Shown: piece by piece, positions 1 through 13,201 of the stretch
How positions within the stretch are numbered: position 1 is the first letter of the stretch
Layout: the number at the start of each line of letters is the position of its first letter
Assembly (NCBI GenBank): GCA_951406725.2
Contig: OX597819.1
Location: forward strand, 13,950,001 to 14,014,000
From: Octopus vulgaris
Taxonomy: Eukaryota
Length of the DNA: 64,000 nucleotides
Direction of reading: 5' to 3'
Translations under genes and position numbers: made by a program
The notes under the pieces: model-generated
Database searches by the model: none
Seen by the model: only the letters and a program-made list of their open reading frames with translations
Told to the model about the DNA's origin: nothing

Positions 1-1211
1 AAAGGCAAAATCGTCCTCAGCGATTTTTTGCATTTCCTGTTGGGATGGTAAGCCTGGTATCATTTTCAAATAGGTTTCAGTACCTTTTTTTTTTTATCAT
101 TCCTAGAGATCCCACAATCACTGGTACAGTTGTCGCCTTGAAATGCCACATTTTTTTTCATTTCTATTAGCAAGTCTTTATATTTGCTGATCTTGTCAAA
201 TTCTTTCGCTGCTATATTGTGATCGCAAGGAATACTCATGTCAATTAATAAACATACCTTTTTTGTCTGATCTTTTATAATAATATCCTGTTTATTAGCT
301 TTTATTGTTTTGTCGGTACGTACGGGGAAGTCCCATAGAATCGACACATTTTCTCACTCAGTCACGGCTTCAGGATGGTTTTTATACCATTTGTCAGCGG
401 TTTTGTTTTTATAATGCCCACATATTGTCCAGTGTAAATACTGGCCGATTCTGTCATGTCTTGCTTTATATTCTACAGGTGCTAAGACTACACCCTGAGA
501 TCAGGTGGTCTATAGTTTCAATCTCATCGTTACAGAATCGGCATTTTTGGTCAGCTCCATTTTTTTTTTACATTCGCTTGGTAGTTCCGGATTAATAAAC
601 TTTGGTCTTGTGCAGCTAATATGAAACCTTAACTCTCTGCTTTTAGCCCTGAGTGCGTGTATTTCTGGTCGACATCAGCTTGTTTGCTACGAGCCACATA
701 CTTGCCATGCAGAGGTTTCTATTCCCATCTGCTAGTTAATTTTTCATGCGCCTTTGTCTTTGCAATTAATTTCATTTTCTTTGCAGCAGCAGTTGGCGCA
801 TTTCCTTCAACCTGATCAATCTGGTAGGTATCTAAGAGATCAGTAGCGAATTTTTTGCTCTCTTTCAGAATAGAGTGAAGTTTTTTCGGTCTTTCATGTT
901 TTTACAAGTTTTAGCATCCAATCGTTGGTTGTTTCAAGGTATTTGGCCAGTCCGATTGTGGTGGTTTTGTACGTAAGTTCAAGCTGGATCAAGCCTCAAC
1001 CTCCCTGAGCTCTGGGAATGTAAAGACGATCCACGTCTGCCTTTGGATGGTGCATCTTATTACAAGTCAGTAGCTTGCGGATTTTTCTGTCACTTTTCAT
1101 TATTTCACTGGTATTCCAGTTAAGCACATTTAAGCTACAGAGGACAACCGGGACTGCTAGGGAATTTATGGCTAACACCTTATTATATGCATTCAGCTCA
1201 GACTTCAGGAC
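1..1211 (-). mobile_element. R4/Dong-clade non-LTR retrotransposon, 5'-truncated decayed 3' part (post-RT region, CCHC knuckle, restriction-like endonuclease)
   Basis: Minus-strand peptides AINSLAVPVV...KMHHPKADVDRLYIPRAQGG, KCRFCNDEIETIDHLISGC (~490-548) and ILWDFPVRTDKTIKANKQDIIIKD...LIDMSIPCD...KISKYKDL; frameshifts and stops; abuts (TTA)n at 1212. Confidence 0.9.
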
Positions 1212-1228
1212 TTATTATTATTATTATT

Positions 1229-1565
1229 GAGTGAGAGAGCAGTTCATGCCATCAAAGTGACACTGGGGTAAAATATACGAAGCCCAATATGCCCATCATG
1301 ACTACCCGTCTGATATGGGTACACCAGGCATATGCATCACAACCATATGTGCGCGACATGGTGATCTCATATCAAGATAAACAGCACATGACCTTGCAGG
1401 TGGGGCCCAGTTAGAATTTTCTTCAGGTTGAGTAGCCCATCCCGCTCAAACGGTCCCTGAATAAGGGTTGTTTAAGGATGTTGAAAAAACCACCCATGTT
1501 TCCAGAGGTGAATTATTCAAACCCCAAAGAATCGCTCTCAACACATGGCTATGATGCTCCCCCAC

Positions 1566-1566
<1 letters not shown>
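1229..1566. mobile_element. ~340-bp non-coding element inserted in a (TTA)n array
   Basis: Complex sequence flanked on both sides by TTA repeats (1212-1228 and 1567-1594); no ORF. Confidence 0.55.
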
Positions 1567-1596
<30 letters not shown>

Positions 1597-1866
1597 CGAA
1601 ACTGTCATATCATCACACAGTGTTTTCTCTCTCCTAGACTCTTGTCTATCTTGATAAAGGCCGTATTTCCGAAGCGTTAAGTTTTCCTTTTCTTCACAGC
1701 AAAACTACATAGACTTTACCACTTCCCTTGCCCTGCCTTTGCGTATTTGTTGTCGATGCAGATCCACAACAAATTCCATTGTATTCTAGATTTCAACGAT
1801 ACAATGAGTGTCGTAGTCAATCCACTTATAAATTCTTTCTTGGGAAATAGATGTTATGATTTAGAG

Positions 1867-2552
1867 CATAAGTTCTCAAAGTGGGCACTACGGCCTCCCC
1901 TCCCGCCCCCGGTGGGCGTCGAGAGGGTCCAGGTGGACGCTGATGTCTAAGGAGATGATGCGGTGGTGGAGAAAAGGAGGCATTGGGAGGAAGGCAGTGG
2001 ATTGGGAGACGCTTATGAATTTATGATATTATTATAGTATTGTATACAAATTATATAATATTATATTAGATATCAAATGATTTATAGTATATATATATAA
2101 ATTAGTAAAATATAAAATATTTACTTATAGGCGTAGGAGTGGCTGTGTGGTAAGTAGCTTGCTTGCGAACCACATGGTTCCGGGTTCAGTCCCACTGCAT
2201 GGCACCTTGGGCAAGTGTCTTCTACTATAGCCTCGGCCCGACCAAAGCCTTGTGAGGGGATTTGGTAGACGGAAACTGAAAGAATCCCGTCGTATTTATA
2301 TATATCTATATATATATGTGTGTTTGTCCCCCTAACATCGCTTGACAACCGATGCTGGTGTGTTTATGTCCCCGTAACTTAGCATTTCGGCAAAAGAGAA
2401 CGATAGAATAAGTACTAGGCTTACAAAAGGCCACAGTCAAATGACTGAAACAAGTAAAAGAGTAATACATAAAAATAGGGGTGGGGGCCCTGAGGGTATT
2501 CTGAGGTCATGAGGGTGGGGGGCGATGGCCCCAAAATGCTTGAGAACCTCTG
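1867..2552. mobile_element. hAT (Charlie-like) MITE with nested SINE
   Basis: 8-bp TSD ATTTAGAG (1859-1866, 2553-2560); imperfect TIRs CATAAGTTCTCAA / TTGAGAACCTCTG. Confidence 0.75.
2130..2464 (+). mobile_element. SINE family A (tRNA head, CORE-like CACCTTGGGCAAGT, internal (TA)n(TG)n, CR1-like tail)
   Basis: A box TGGCTGTGTGG, B-box-like GGTTCAGTCCC; near-identical to many other copies in the window. Confidence 0.9.
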
Positions 2553-3011
2553 ATTTAGAGCAAAAGGAATAAACTGTCAGGAAGGCATAGATCTAGTTTT
2601 GATTCTTTGTTGAAATTATTAAATACATCGCTGGAAACCCATGAAAGCAAGAAGTGCAACGAGCCAACGAGAGAGTCACTTCATGATCTGTAATAGTTAC
2701 AGCAGACAGTTCTACCTTAAATTCCACCTCTCGGGGTTACATTTGATAATGTGGTTCAAGATAAACAGTGTGTGAAGCAAAATGGGGAAGATGTGTGTGG
2801 TGGGGGTGTATTAGTAGCAAAATGGGTTCCATCGAGACCGACTTTGAGCTAAACAGCATTAGGGTTGCACACAATCTCACCTGGTGATATTGCGTACCTG
2901 TTTATTTAGGAGTACAAGAAATAATATGCATTCATAAAACCAGCGTCTACTGTCCTTTAAGGAAGGGCGCTGGGAATGCAGAAGAGTGAAAATTTCTAAA
3001 GCCTTGACCAT

Positions 3012-4025
3012 CGTCGCCAACAAAGCCATCAACACCACCACCACCGCTGGCATTGTCATCATAACCACTGTTATCTCTGCTCCGATCCACGAACCAAGGA
3101 AAGCAATCGCCACAGTGTGGTTGACCAGCTAGAATTAGCAACCAAATCTCACTCAAAATCACAATCTATTCGTTCTAAAACAGGAAGGAAGGGCGCTGGG
3201 AATGCAGAAGAGTTTGAAAATTTCTAAAGCCTTGACCATCGTCGCAGGATGAGGAAGACCAACAGAAAAAGGTGTGGTGGTGTTGCAGGTGGAATGTTGT
3301 AGATGGGACTGTAAGACAAGCAAATTGGATAGGTCCATCTTGGACAAGGCAGGGTGGTAATGACTGAGAAATCTTTAATCGCGGGTTTGTCCAGCTGTGT
3401 GATAGGAGAGGCTGACTCCAAGGAAATCGGCGCAACCAATAAATATAAGTCCACCAGTTTTTTTTTTATGTATACCACTTCTTCCCTTCCTCTAACCACA
3501 AATTATTCAGTATAATATATTGTTTGGTCCCTTTATCAAAGATGTTCCAGTCGTGGCCATTCCATCATTTTGTATATAAGCAACTACATTGTCCAGTGTT
3601 ATTTTACTGTTGTTATTCAGTTCCAAATTAGCCGACATTGGACAAACCCGCGATTAAAGATTTCTCGGTCATTACCACCCTGCCTTGTCCAAGATGGACT
3701 TATCCAATTTGCTTGTCTACAGTCCCATCTACAACATTCCACCTGCAACACTACCACACCTTTTTCTGTTGGTCTTCCTCATCCTGCGACGATGGTCAAG
3801 GCTTTAGAAATTTTCAAACTCTTCTGCATTCCCAGCGCCCTTCACTTCCTGTTTTAGAACGAATAGATTGTGATTTTTGAGTGAAATTTGGTTGCTAATT
3901 CTAGCTGGTCAACCACACTGTGGCGATTGCTTTCCTTGGTTCGTGGATCGCAGCAGAGATAACAGTGGTTATGATGACAATACCAGCGGTGGTGGTGGTG
4001 GTGGTGTTGATGGCTTTGTTGACGG
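3012..4025. repeat. ~380-bp inverted duplication (3012-3393 / 3639-4025) plus ~60-bp direct duplication (2959-3017 / 3185-3245)
   Basis: Direct sequence comparison; mirrored ORF translations in the track. Confidence 0.9.
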
Positions 4026-4260
4026 TGTCTTTAAATAAATGTTGGCATCTATTTCATTTGCATAATGATGATGATAATGATAGTGTTGGTGGTAGTGGTG
4101 GTGGTGGTGGTGATGGTGGCATGTGGATGAGGGGAGAGTAGGCAGTTGTCCCCCGTCAGTCTATCTTCTTCAGGGTAATTCGATATACCCTTCACAACTA
4201 TTTTCTCACGGTCCCTCAGACCACCTCGGCGTATCTCTTATCTCTCGGTGTGTTTCACCT

Positions 4261-4539
4261 GTCGTCGTCATCGTCATCGTCTTCTTCTTCTTCTTCTTCT
4301 TCTTCTTCTTCTTCTTCTTCTTCTTCTTCTTCTTCTTCTTCTTCTTCTTCTTCTTCTTCTTCTTCTTCTTCTTCTTCTTCTCGTTGTTGTTGTTGTTGTT
4401 GTTGCTTCGACACGACAATTACTGCTGCTTGTAAAACGGTCATAAATGTGTGTATGTACAACTACATCTACGTAAATATATGACTGTATGTCGAGAAATA
4501 TGTTTGTGAATGTGTGTATATATGTATATATATAGAGAG

Positions 4540-4607
<68 letters not shown>
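4261..4607. repeat. Compound microsatellites (GTC)/(TTC)n/(TTG)n, then (GATA)n(TG)n
   Basis: Directly visible. Confidence 0.95.
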
Positions 4608-4609
<2 letters not shown>

Positions 4610-5139
4610 CTATATAAACTCCTTTACAAGCGATGGAGGAGTAGCATGTTGTTCTTGTTGCTACTGTCATTATCTACAAGTTACTGACCCCCTAAATTTT
4701 ACAGTGTATAAAGCTATACTGGGATGGAGTGGGGCGGTGGTGGTGGTGGTGGGGAGGGTACCGGAGACAGGATACCGATGAGGGTGGAGGCAGCGGGATA
4801 TTCCCGGTAACCAGATGTTATAGCAATGGACTTCGTAAACCCCTTTCGTTTATCTCCTCGACTGTCTTTTCGTTTCTTTCCTTGTTTTTTTTTGTGGTTG
4901 TTGTTGTTGGGTCCTCCCCCCACTACACCCCCGCCTCGCTTAGGTCAGCTCTGATCCAGCAAGCTTCAAATCAAAATGCGTTACAGCCGTGACCTTCTAC
5001 TCTTATTTTAACCTCACGTCTACATTATCCAATATGACACCACCATCTTTTTTATATTTGTTTTTTGTTCTAAAGACAGTGGGGTGTGAGATTAGTGGGA
5101 GGTTTGCTGTTATTTCTAGCAGGTCAAACGACCACTCTG

Positions 5140-5193
<54 letters not shown>

Positions 5194-5259
5194 ATTGTAT
5201 TTGTATCGTACAAAGCAAACAACCACTTTCTCTTGACCAACAGTATCGCCAGACCATGA

Positions 5260-5505
5260 TGGAATATATCTTTTTGACCTGCATAGATCGTTTTTTCGGA
5301 TGGCTTGAAGCCATACCTATTAAAAACATTTCATCCCTTACCTCATGCAAAAGACCTCATGGCCGGGTGCATTTCATGTTTTTGAACTGCTTTGACCATA
5401 ACGACCGGCAGGGGTCGTCAATTTTAATCCAGTCGCTTTGCTTAAATTTCTGACCTACTGGGGGTACGCGTCGAAATCGTGCCACAGCTTATCACCCCCA
5501 TGTCA
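5260..5505 (+). mobile_element. Decayed Ty3/Gypsy integrase fragment
   Basis: YIFLTCIDRFFGWLEAIPIKNI resembles the first catalytic Asp region (LTxIDRFTRWPEAIP); downstream ITT-x-RGRQF and TAYHP motifs in shifted frames. Confidence 0.7.
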
Positions 5506-5578
5506 AGATTATAGAACCTGGTCATCGCTTGAATATATGGCTGGTAGTCGAAACTTAGGCGGAATACTGGTGGAAATG

Positions 5579-5966
5579 GTGGAGGCGCAATGGCCTAGTG
5601 GTTAGGGCAGCGGACTCGTGGTCATAGGATCGCGGTTTCGATTCCCAGAACGGGCGTTGTGAGTGTTTATTGAGCGAAAACACCTAAAGCTCCACGAGGC
5701 TCCGGCAGGGGATGGTGGTGATCCCTGCTGTACTCTTTCACCACAACTTTCTCTCGCTCTTACTTCCTGTTTCTGTTGTACCTGTATTTCAAAGGGCCGG
5801 CCTTGTCACTCTCTGTGTCACGCTGAATATCCCCGAGAACTACGTTAAGGGTGCACGTGTCTGTGGAGTGCTCAGCCACTTACACGTTAATTTCACGAGC
5901 AGGCTGTTCCGTTGATTCGGATCAACCGGAACCCTCGTCGTCGTAACCGACGGAGTGCTTCCTCCA
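5579..5966 (+). mobile_element. SINE family C, full length
   Basis: tRNA head TGGCCTAGTGG...GTTTCGATTCC; 13-bp TSD ACTGGTGGAAATG. Confidence 0.92.
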
Positions 5967-6773
5967 ACTGGTGGAAATGATGGGAATACATAAAGAGACG
6001 GCGTATCCCTACTTTCAAATGATTGGGGGCAGTGGCTTACAGCAGCCTGCCCCTTTTTTCCCGACCTCAGCCTCCTCAGCCCTTAGCACATTCCTTGGTT
6101 CTAAAATCCATTTGTATCCTCATTGAGGAAGGCTGTAGTCCCGATCGCTCGACCTGCTGGAAATAGAAACCAACTCTCACAATAATTACACTATTCTCCG
6201 TCATAAATTATAAAGGACATCTGTTCTGTAATACGAGTTCTTAGAGTACCGTTCGGTTATGGTTGGACTGGCGCTGAATAACAACAACAACAACAAAAGC
6301 GGACGCGCGCACGCACACACTAGCGTGTGTGTATGTCTGTGTGTGTGTGTGTGTGTGTGTGCGTGCGCGCATGCCAATCATTTACTAATAGTCCGAACTA
6401 TCGTATTCACAAAACGCACGTTCATCTTTGAGAACCGTGGGAACTTTGGAGGAAAAAATTCAGATCGTTGTGTTATTCGCCGAGTTTCTAGATTTCATCG
6501 TCATAATCACCATCATCATCATCATCGTCGTCGTAGTCGAGGTCATCGTCCATATTATCGGCGTTGTGGTCGACGTTATCTTTATTATCATCAGTATCAT
6601 CATCATCATCATCTTTATTATTACTATTATTATTATTATTATTATTATCAACAACAGCACAATATCATAATATTCAACTTCATTATTTATGTTTAATGAT
6701 AATAATGGTGTCTGATACACTGACACTAGCTGTTATATTTCGTTGTTCAACGCAAGAATAATTAAGCACACAC

Positions 6774-6845
<72 letters not shown>

Positions 6846-6912
6846 TAACCTCACCTCCTAACATAACCGCTATCAACATCATCGTTGCGCATGACTGATT
6901 ATATGCGCTCGC

Positions 6913-6961
<49 letters not shown>

Positions 6962-6962
<1 letters not shown>

Positions 6963-7174
6963 TCTTACACTTTACTCTTTTACTTGTTTCAGTCATTTGA
7001 CTGTGGCCATGCTGGAGCACCGCCTTTAGTTGAGCAAATCGACCCCAGGACTTATTCTTTGTAAGCCTAGTACTTACTCTATCGGCTCTTTTGCCGAACC
7101 GCTAGACTACGGGGACGTAAACACACCAGCATCGGTTGTCAAGCGATTTGGGGGGACCAAACATAGACACACAA

Positions 7175-7209
<35 letters not shown>

Positions 7210-7383
7210 TATATATATATATACATATATACGACGGGCTTCTTTCAGTTTCCGTCTACCAAATCCACTCACAAGGCTTTGGTCGGACCAAGGCTATAGT
7301 AGAAGGCACTTGCCCAGTGGGACTTAACCCGGAACCATGTGGTTGGTAAGCAAGCTACTTACCACATAGCCACTCCTGCACCT
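6962..7383 (-). mobile_element. SINE family A
   Basis: Reverse complement of the family A consensus. Confidence 0.9.
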
Positions 7384-7385
7384 AT

Positions 7386-7422
<37 letters not shown>

Positions 7423-7568
7423 CATATACATATATATTTGTTGTTCGAAAAATAGTTCATATTCCTTGTACTTGTACTTCGCATTTTTTGTTGTACACGT
7501 TTCGTGACGTCCTGTGCTCACATATGCATATGTAAGTATGTACACATACGTATATATATATATATGTA

Positions 7569-7619
<51 letters not shown>

Positions 7620-7624
7620 CTCTC

Positions 7625-10600
7625 TCTAGTTTCAGCTCAGAGCTGCGGTCATGCTGATGCACCGCCGTTTTGCTACACTGTTATTACTGAGAGCCTCCTC
7701 TAATATGTGGCACTTGGTGAAGAATGGAGTTTGATGTAGCTACCCTCATTTGCACCTCTTGCCGTGAGGTAGGTTCATCTTGGACACTCGACAGGAAGAA
7801 GTCCAGCTTTGATTTAAAAACATCTCCATCTACTTTGTGCAGGTTCCTCAGGCTCTTCGGGAGAATATTAAAAAGCTGTGGGCCCTTGAAACCCAGGCTT
7901 TCGTAATAACTGGTCCTGAAGCGCGATGGCGTTGCTGGGACCTTTGGCACTATGCAGTGTCGTCCCGTTCTGGCATTGGTATAGCTTTCAATGCCAAAAT
8001 TTGGCACAATTCCTTCCAGGATCTTCCAGACATATATTACTGCATACCTCTCCCGTCTTCTCTCCAGGGAGTAGAGTCTTAGCTGTTTCAACCTTTCCCA
8101 GTAGCTGAGCTGTTGCAAAGACACGATCTTCTTTGTGAATCTTCTCTGGATTGCTTCAAGGTCCGCTGGGTGACCATAGCTGTGAGCAGTAATCCAGGCG
8201 GCTGAGGACGACTGTCCGCTAGAGGACCATCATGGTTTCCTTTTCTCTGGTTCTGAACGTTCTTAGGATCCAGCCTGCCAGTCGTCTGCATTTTGTCGCC
8301 ATCCTGGTAATGTGCACTTGGAAAGAGGTATCATCACTCATGTCTATACCTAGGTCGCTCACTGATTTAAGCTCTTGGATTGAAATTCCCTGTGGACCGG
8401 TGGACCCTGTAAGCTTCATATTCAGTTTTGGATCCTGGTAGCGCAGGGTTTGGAATTTTTCAGCATTAAATTGCATATTATTATCCTCAGCCCATCTGTA
8501 AATTGAGTCATATTCCTGCTGCAGGTGTGCAACATCGCCGGGGTTCTGTATTTTCTGCGAGACTTTCGTATCATCTGCATAGCTTGCAAGGGTGGCTATC
8601 CGGGAACTTGAGGGCATATCTGAGAGGGCCTCTATAAAAAGCAGTGGTCCCAAGACAGTGCCCTGTGGAACACCGCTCACTATTTGTGTGTTCATAGATG
8701 TGGCTCCATTAGTCACTACTGCCTGACTCCTATCTTTCAGAAAGTCATGTAACTACTCTCCAAGTTTTCCAGCTATGTCAAGATCACGCAGTTTGTGGCA
8801 TATCATAATATGATCCACCTTGTCAAAAGCTTTTGCAAAATCAAGGTATATTACGTCCACATTTGAGTGGTTGAATAACTGGCACTATGCAGTGGCGTCA
8901 TAATGTTGTAAGAGCTGGGTCAGGCAGCTCCTACTTGGTCGAAAGCCATGCTGGGTATCACTCAGCAAGTTGTTTTCTTCAAGGAATGCGATTAGTTTCC
9001 CTCTAACTATCTATCTTTGCTGATGTGTGAAGTCAGAGAGATAGGCCTATAGTTTTTGGCATCTGCTCTGCTTTCCCCTTTATGTATTGGGCATATTATT
9101 TCCTCCTTCAGCTTGTTTGCCATTTGCAAGAAAGCTCTGGAAAAGAATCTGGAGGGGTTTAGCCAGGGAATGCTTACACAATTTGAGGAGGATTACTGGG
9201 AAACCATCAGGACCAGCAGTTGAGTTTGTGTCCACTTCATCTATGGCTAGTAGGACATCTTCTTCGCTAATATCAATGTATTCCATTGTAACTGCCTCGT
9301 TGGTTATAGGTGAGGCGGCAAAGAAGTCCACTGGCTCGTTCACTTGTCTGTGTTCCAACGGGGTGGTAAAGACACTTTTGAACTGGTCATTCAGTATCAC
9401 ACTGAACTTAGTTGGACTGTCTGTGAGGTGGCCATCTTTTTGGAAGAGGGGTCCTATCTGGCAGTGTACTGAGGCTGTTTCTTTCGCGTAATGAAAGAAG
9501 GCCTTTGGGTTTGACTTAATGTTTTTTATAACCCAGGCTTCTTTGTCTGCTTTCTCCTTCACATGGGATTGTTGCAGCCTTTTTTCGATCTCCATCAGTG
9601 TTGTTTTTAGGCGGAACCTTTCGCTACATTTGGGATGTTGGTTGAGTCGATTTGCAACCTTCGTCCGTCGTCTCGTGAAGATCTTCCTCTCACTTGGACT
9701 CTTGTTCCTATTTGTTTTGACCTTGTGCTCTGGGACATATTTCTGGCATATGGCTTGCACAAAAGAAATGAAACATTCTAGTTTCATGTCAATGTCTGGT
9801 GTGGAGAAACATTTCGGCCAGTCCTCTCTGAGGATCTCTTTTTGGATCGATTTCCAGTCTGCTTTGTGAAAGTTCAGGTTGGAGAGATTTCGGGTGCTTC
9901 CTTTAGGCTGTATGTCTCTGGTTACTTTCGACCCAAACATAGACAGCTCTATTATGTTGTGATCTGAGACTAATGTCGGCGTCACTTTCACATCATGAAT
10001 GATGTCCATATTGTTCGTGAAGCAGCGACCCAGAATATTATTCGACCTAGTTGGTCTGAGCACAGCTTGCTCCATGAATAGGGCATTGGTGAGGTTGAGC
10101 AGGGACTCCACCTGTGCTTGCTTGCAATGAGTCAATCCCTGAGAGTATGAGACCTTCGGGTCATTTGACGTTGGGGAAGTTGAAACTGTAACACTACGTG
10201 ACCATATTTCTTATGGGTGATTTCATGAGGATTTCTTCAATTCTTGTGAGGCAATCTTCAAACTTGCTTATGTGGTTTGGAGCATCCGGTGGGGAATATG
10301 TATTGCATATGACTATATTATGTTGTCTTATGTATACAATTAGAGTGTCACATACCGAATTTGAGTATGACAGTAAGACCTGAGATGTGAGGTCATCACG
10401 GATGTATACAGCAACTCCACCATTGCTCCTTTCCCTTCTGTCTGTTCGCAGTATGGCGTTGTTTGGTACATGCACTTCTGCATCCTCTATATCAGGGCTG
10501 AAGTGAGTTTCCACGAGTGCTATGCATAGGGCTTCATTGCATGCAGTAAGATCTCACAGGAAAGAAATTTTGTTTTTATTATGATGCAACAGGCCCCCAA

Positions 10601-11100
10601 TATTTAGTAAAAGTATTGGGGTGACGACTGTGCAGGCGTTAGGGGAAGTCTGTTGACTGTGGTGGTCTTGCATAGTGGTGGGCAAGGTTCCTTATTTGTG
10701 CTTGGTGTAGCCAGGTCAGCTGCTGTACAATCCTTTGCGCCATGCACGAAAAAGACTCTTGCTCAGCTGCTGCGTTGCGCAGAACATCTGAGGAGCACAC
10801 TTCTTTTCTGAATGTTTTCCTTGGAGACATTTGTTGTTTTTCCTCAGTGAAGCGTTCCTCTTTAAGGCCCCTGTAGTTCTGGCGGGGTGTCGAGTGGGTT
10901 GCGATTTAATTCTTTCTCCTCCCAGTTTGGTGTCATCGTTTTTTAAGCCCAGAGGGGGAGTAGAGGCTAGAGAGGTAGTGGGATATAGAGGGAGGTAGAG
11001 AAAAAAAACACAGAGAGGGGAAATAGGGAAAGAGAGAGGGAGATATGAAGGAAAGAGAGAGGTGCTATGAAGGAAATAGAGAGGGTGATATGAGGAAAGT
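7625..11100 (-). mobile_element. CR1-clade LINE, near full-length ORF2 (APE endonuclease + RT), decayed; ORF1 remnant upstream
   Basis: EN motifs ETHFS...RTDR...GGVAVY, PTR...; RT motifs SGVPQGTVLGPLLF and YADDTK; C-terminal LSYWERLKQLRLYSLERRR; several frameshifts; 3' tail at 7625-7667. Confidence 0.93.
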
Positions 11101-11889
11101 GTTTGCCGTCCTCCCCAGGCAGAGAAGGATAGTGGAGCCAAGCAGTAACCAGATGCGCCCTTGTACCAGTGGTCCTACAAAGGAACGGAGCCCTTACCCC
11201 ATTAGAAAACCAGAAAAAAAAAGTTCCCACCACAAGAAAAGGAAGGAAGGAAAACAAAAATAAAGAAGGAAAGGAAGATTTAGCGTATAAAATTTGCAGG
11301 TTCTTGAGTGCCTTCCAGATTTCTTCTTTCCTATAGGGATGGCATTGGATCCTCCATGGGGTTTTCTATTGTTTGTTTGGTGGGTTGGGATTTCGATTTT
11401 GGTTGTTTCGCCTTTTCCTTTTTCTTCCTTTCCTTCTTTATTTTTGTTTTCCTTCCTTCCTTTTCTTGTGGTGGGAACTTTTTTCTTCTGGTTTTCTAAT
11501 GGGGTAAGGGCTCCGTTCCTTTGTAGGACCACTGACACAAGGGGGCTTCTGGTTACTGCTTGGCTCCCCTATCCTTTTCTGTCTGGTCGTTCACTGGGGG
11601 GGGATCCATTCTCTTGAGGAACCTCTGGATTACAGAGATTTCCGGGTTTTGTTTCCTTTTCTTTCTCGTCTTCTCCATCCTTATCAGCCTTTCCACAATA
11701 GTTTCCGATTATCTCATCCAAGGTGTTAATGTGTGGTCTTCTTCCGCTCTATCTGGTCAATGGTTCTGTGAAAGCCATTGTTCTTTAGTGCAGCAGTGAT
11801 GATGTTGTTTGGCGGATCGCCACTAGCAATCACTCATGCTCGCAGCAGATTTAATTCTTTCTTCTCCCAGTTTGGTGCCATCTTCGTTT

Positions 11890-12660
11890 TTTAAGCCCAG
11901 AGGAGGGAGTAGAGGCTAGAGAGGTAGTGGGATATAGAGGGAGGTAGAGAAGAAGAAACACAGAAAGGGGAAATAGGGAAAGAGAGAGGGAGATATGAAG
12001 GAAAGAGAGAGGTGCTATGAAGGAAATAGAGAGGGTGATATGAGGAAAGCAAGGGGGTAGCGTGTTAAAGAGACAGAGAAAGATAGAGGAAGGGGAGAAA
12101 GAGAGACGGAGTGAGGGAGATGTTGGGAAGAAAAAGAGAGATAGAGGGAGGGAGAGGGGGAATAGAAAGAGAGACAGAGTGAAGGAGAGGAGGGGAATAG
12201 AAAGAGAGACAGAGTGAAGGAGAAGAGGGGAATAGAAAGAGAGACAGAGTGAGGGAAAGGATGGGAAGAGATAGAGATAAAGGGAGGGAGAGGAGGGGAA
12301 GAGAAAGATAGACAGGGCGAGGGAGAGACAGGAAAGGATGAAGGATGTAAGTGAGAGGGAGAAACGGAGTGAGAAGAAGGGAGAAATGAGAAGTATATGA
12401 GGGAGGGGGTGAGGTGATAGAAGGAGAGGTAGATGTTGTGAGATGCAAAGGAAAGGAAAGAGAAGTAAGAAAAGAGGAGGATATGAAAGGGAGGGAGAGA
12501 GATGAGAAAAGAGTAAGATATGCAAGAGAGAGGGAAAGAGTAGGCGTAAAGAGAGATAAAGGGAGGGAGAGAGGAGCAGGAAAAGGAGGAATATATGTAA
12601 GGAAGGAGAGAGGAAGAGGTAGATATGAAGACAGTAGGAGTAGGTATCGAAATGTGTAGG
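11890..12660. repeat. Purine-rich (GA) low-complexity tract, probably the pyrimidine-rich 5' region of the CR1
   Basis: Strand-asymmetric GA composition; partly duplicated at 10905-11100. Confidence 0.6.
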
Positions 12661-12700
12661 GAAACGAAAGACAATATATAGTTCTAAACACGATTTATAA

Positions 12701-13201
12701 TCTTTATATATAAAAGTCAAGTTGTGTGTCTGTCTCCTACGATTTAGATTCCTAACTACTCCCACATTTTGCGGTGCAGTTTAACCAAAACCGGGTATCT
12801 TATAGTCGTGATTCATATCGAGCTGTTCTGGGTATTAGCGCGCGTCTACGATGAGTCTACGATTTAAAAAAAAATTTACCATCATTTTTTTCCCATTTTA
12901 ATGCATTTTTTCGCTATTATATAAGGGAAGTAACTCTCTAAAAATGTCTACGATGAGTCTACGATTTAAAAAAAAAATTACCATCATTTTTTTCCATTTT
13001 AATGCATTTTTTCGCTATTATATAAGGGAAGTAACTCTCTAAAAATGTCTACGATGAGTCAACGATTTTTTAAAAAATTTACCATCATTTTTTTCCCATT
13101 TTAATACATTTTTTTTTGCTACTTTTTGGCTATAACTCTCTAAAAATGCTTATATAGTTATTTCCCTTACAAACCCGAGCAACGCCGGGCGATACTGCTA
13201 G
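12701..13201 (+). mobile_element. Non-autonomous Helitron with ~105-bp internal tandem repeat (about 3 units)
   Basis: A|TC...CTAG|T ends, no TSD, subterminal hairpin CCCGAGCAACGCCGGG; repeats at ~12845-13145. Confidence 0.88.

Noticed and set aside
5579-5655. tRNA genes at SINE heads
   Set aside because: Heads continue into SINE bodies with TSDs and lack a full cloverleaf and terminator
9080-10135. 351-aa ORF as a host gene or active retrotransposon
   Set aside because: Part of CR1 ORF2, broken by frameshifts on both sides
11851-12765. 304-aa Leu/Ser/Pro/Phe-rich ORF resembling a membrane protein
   Set aside because: All three minus frames are open because of the CT-rich low-complexity tract
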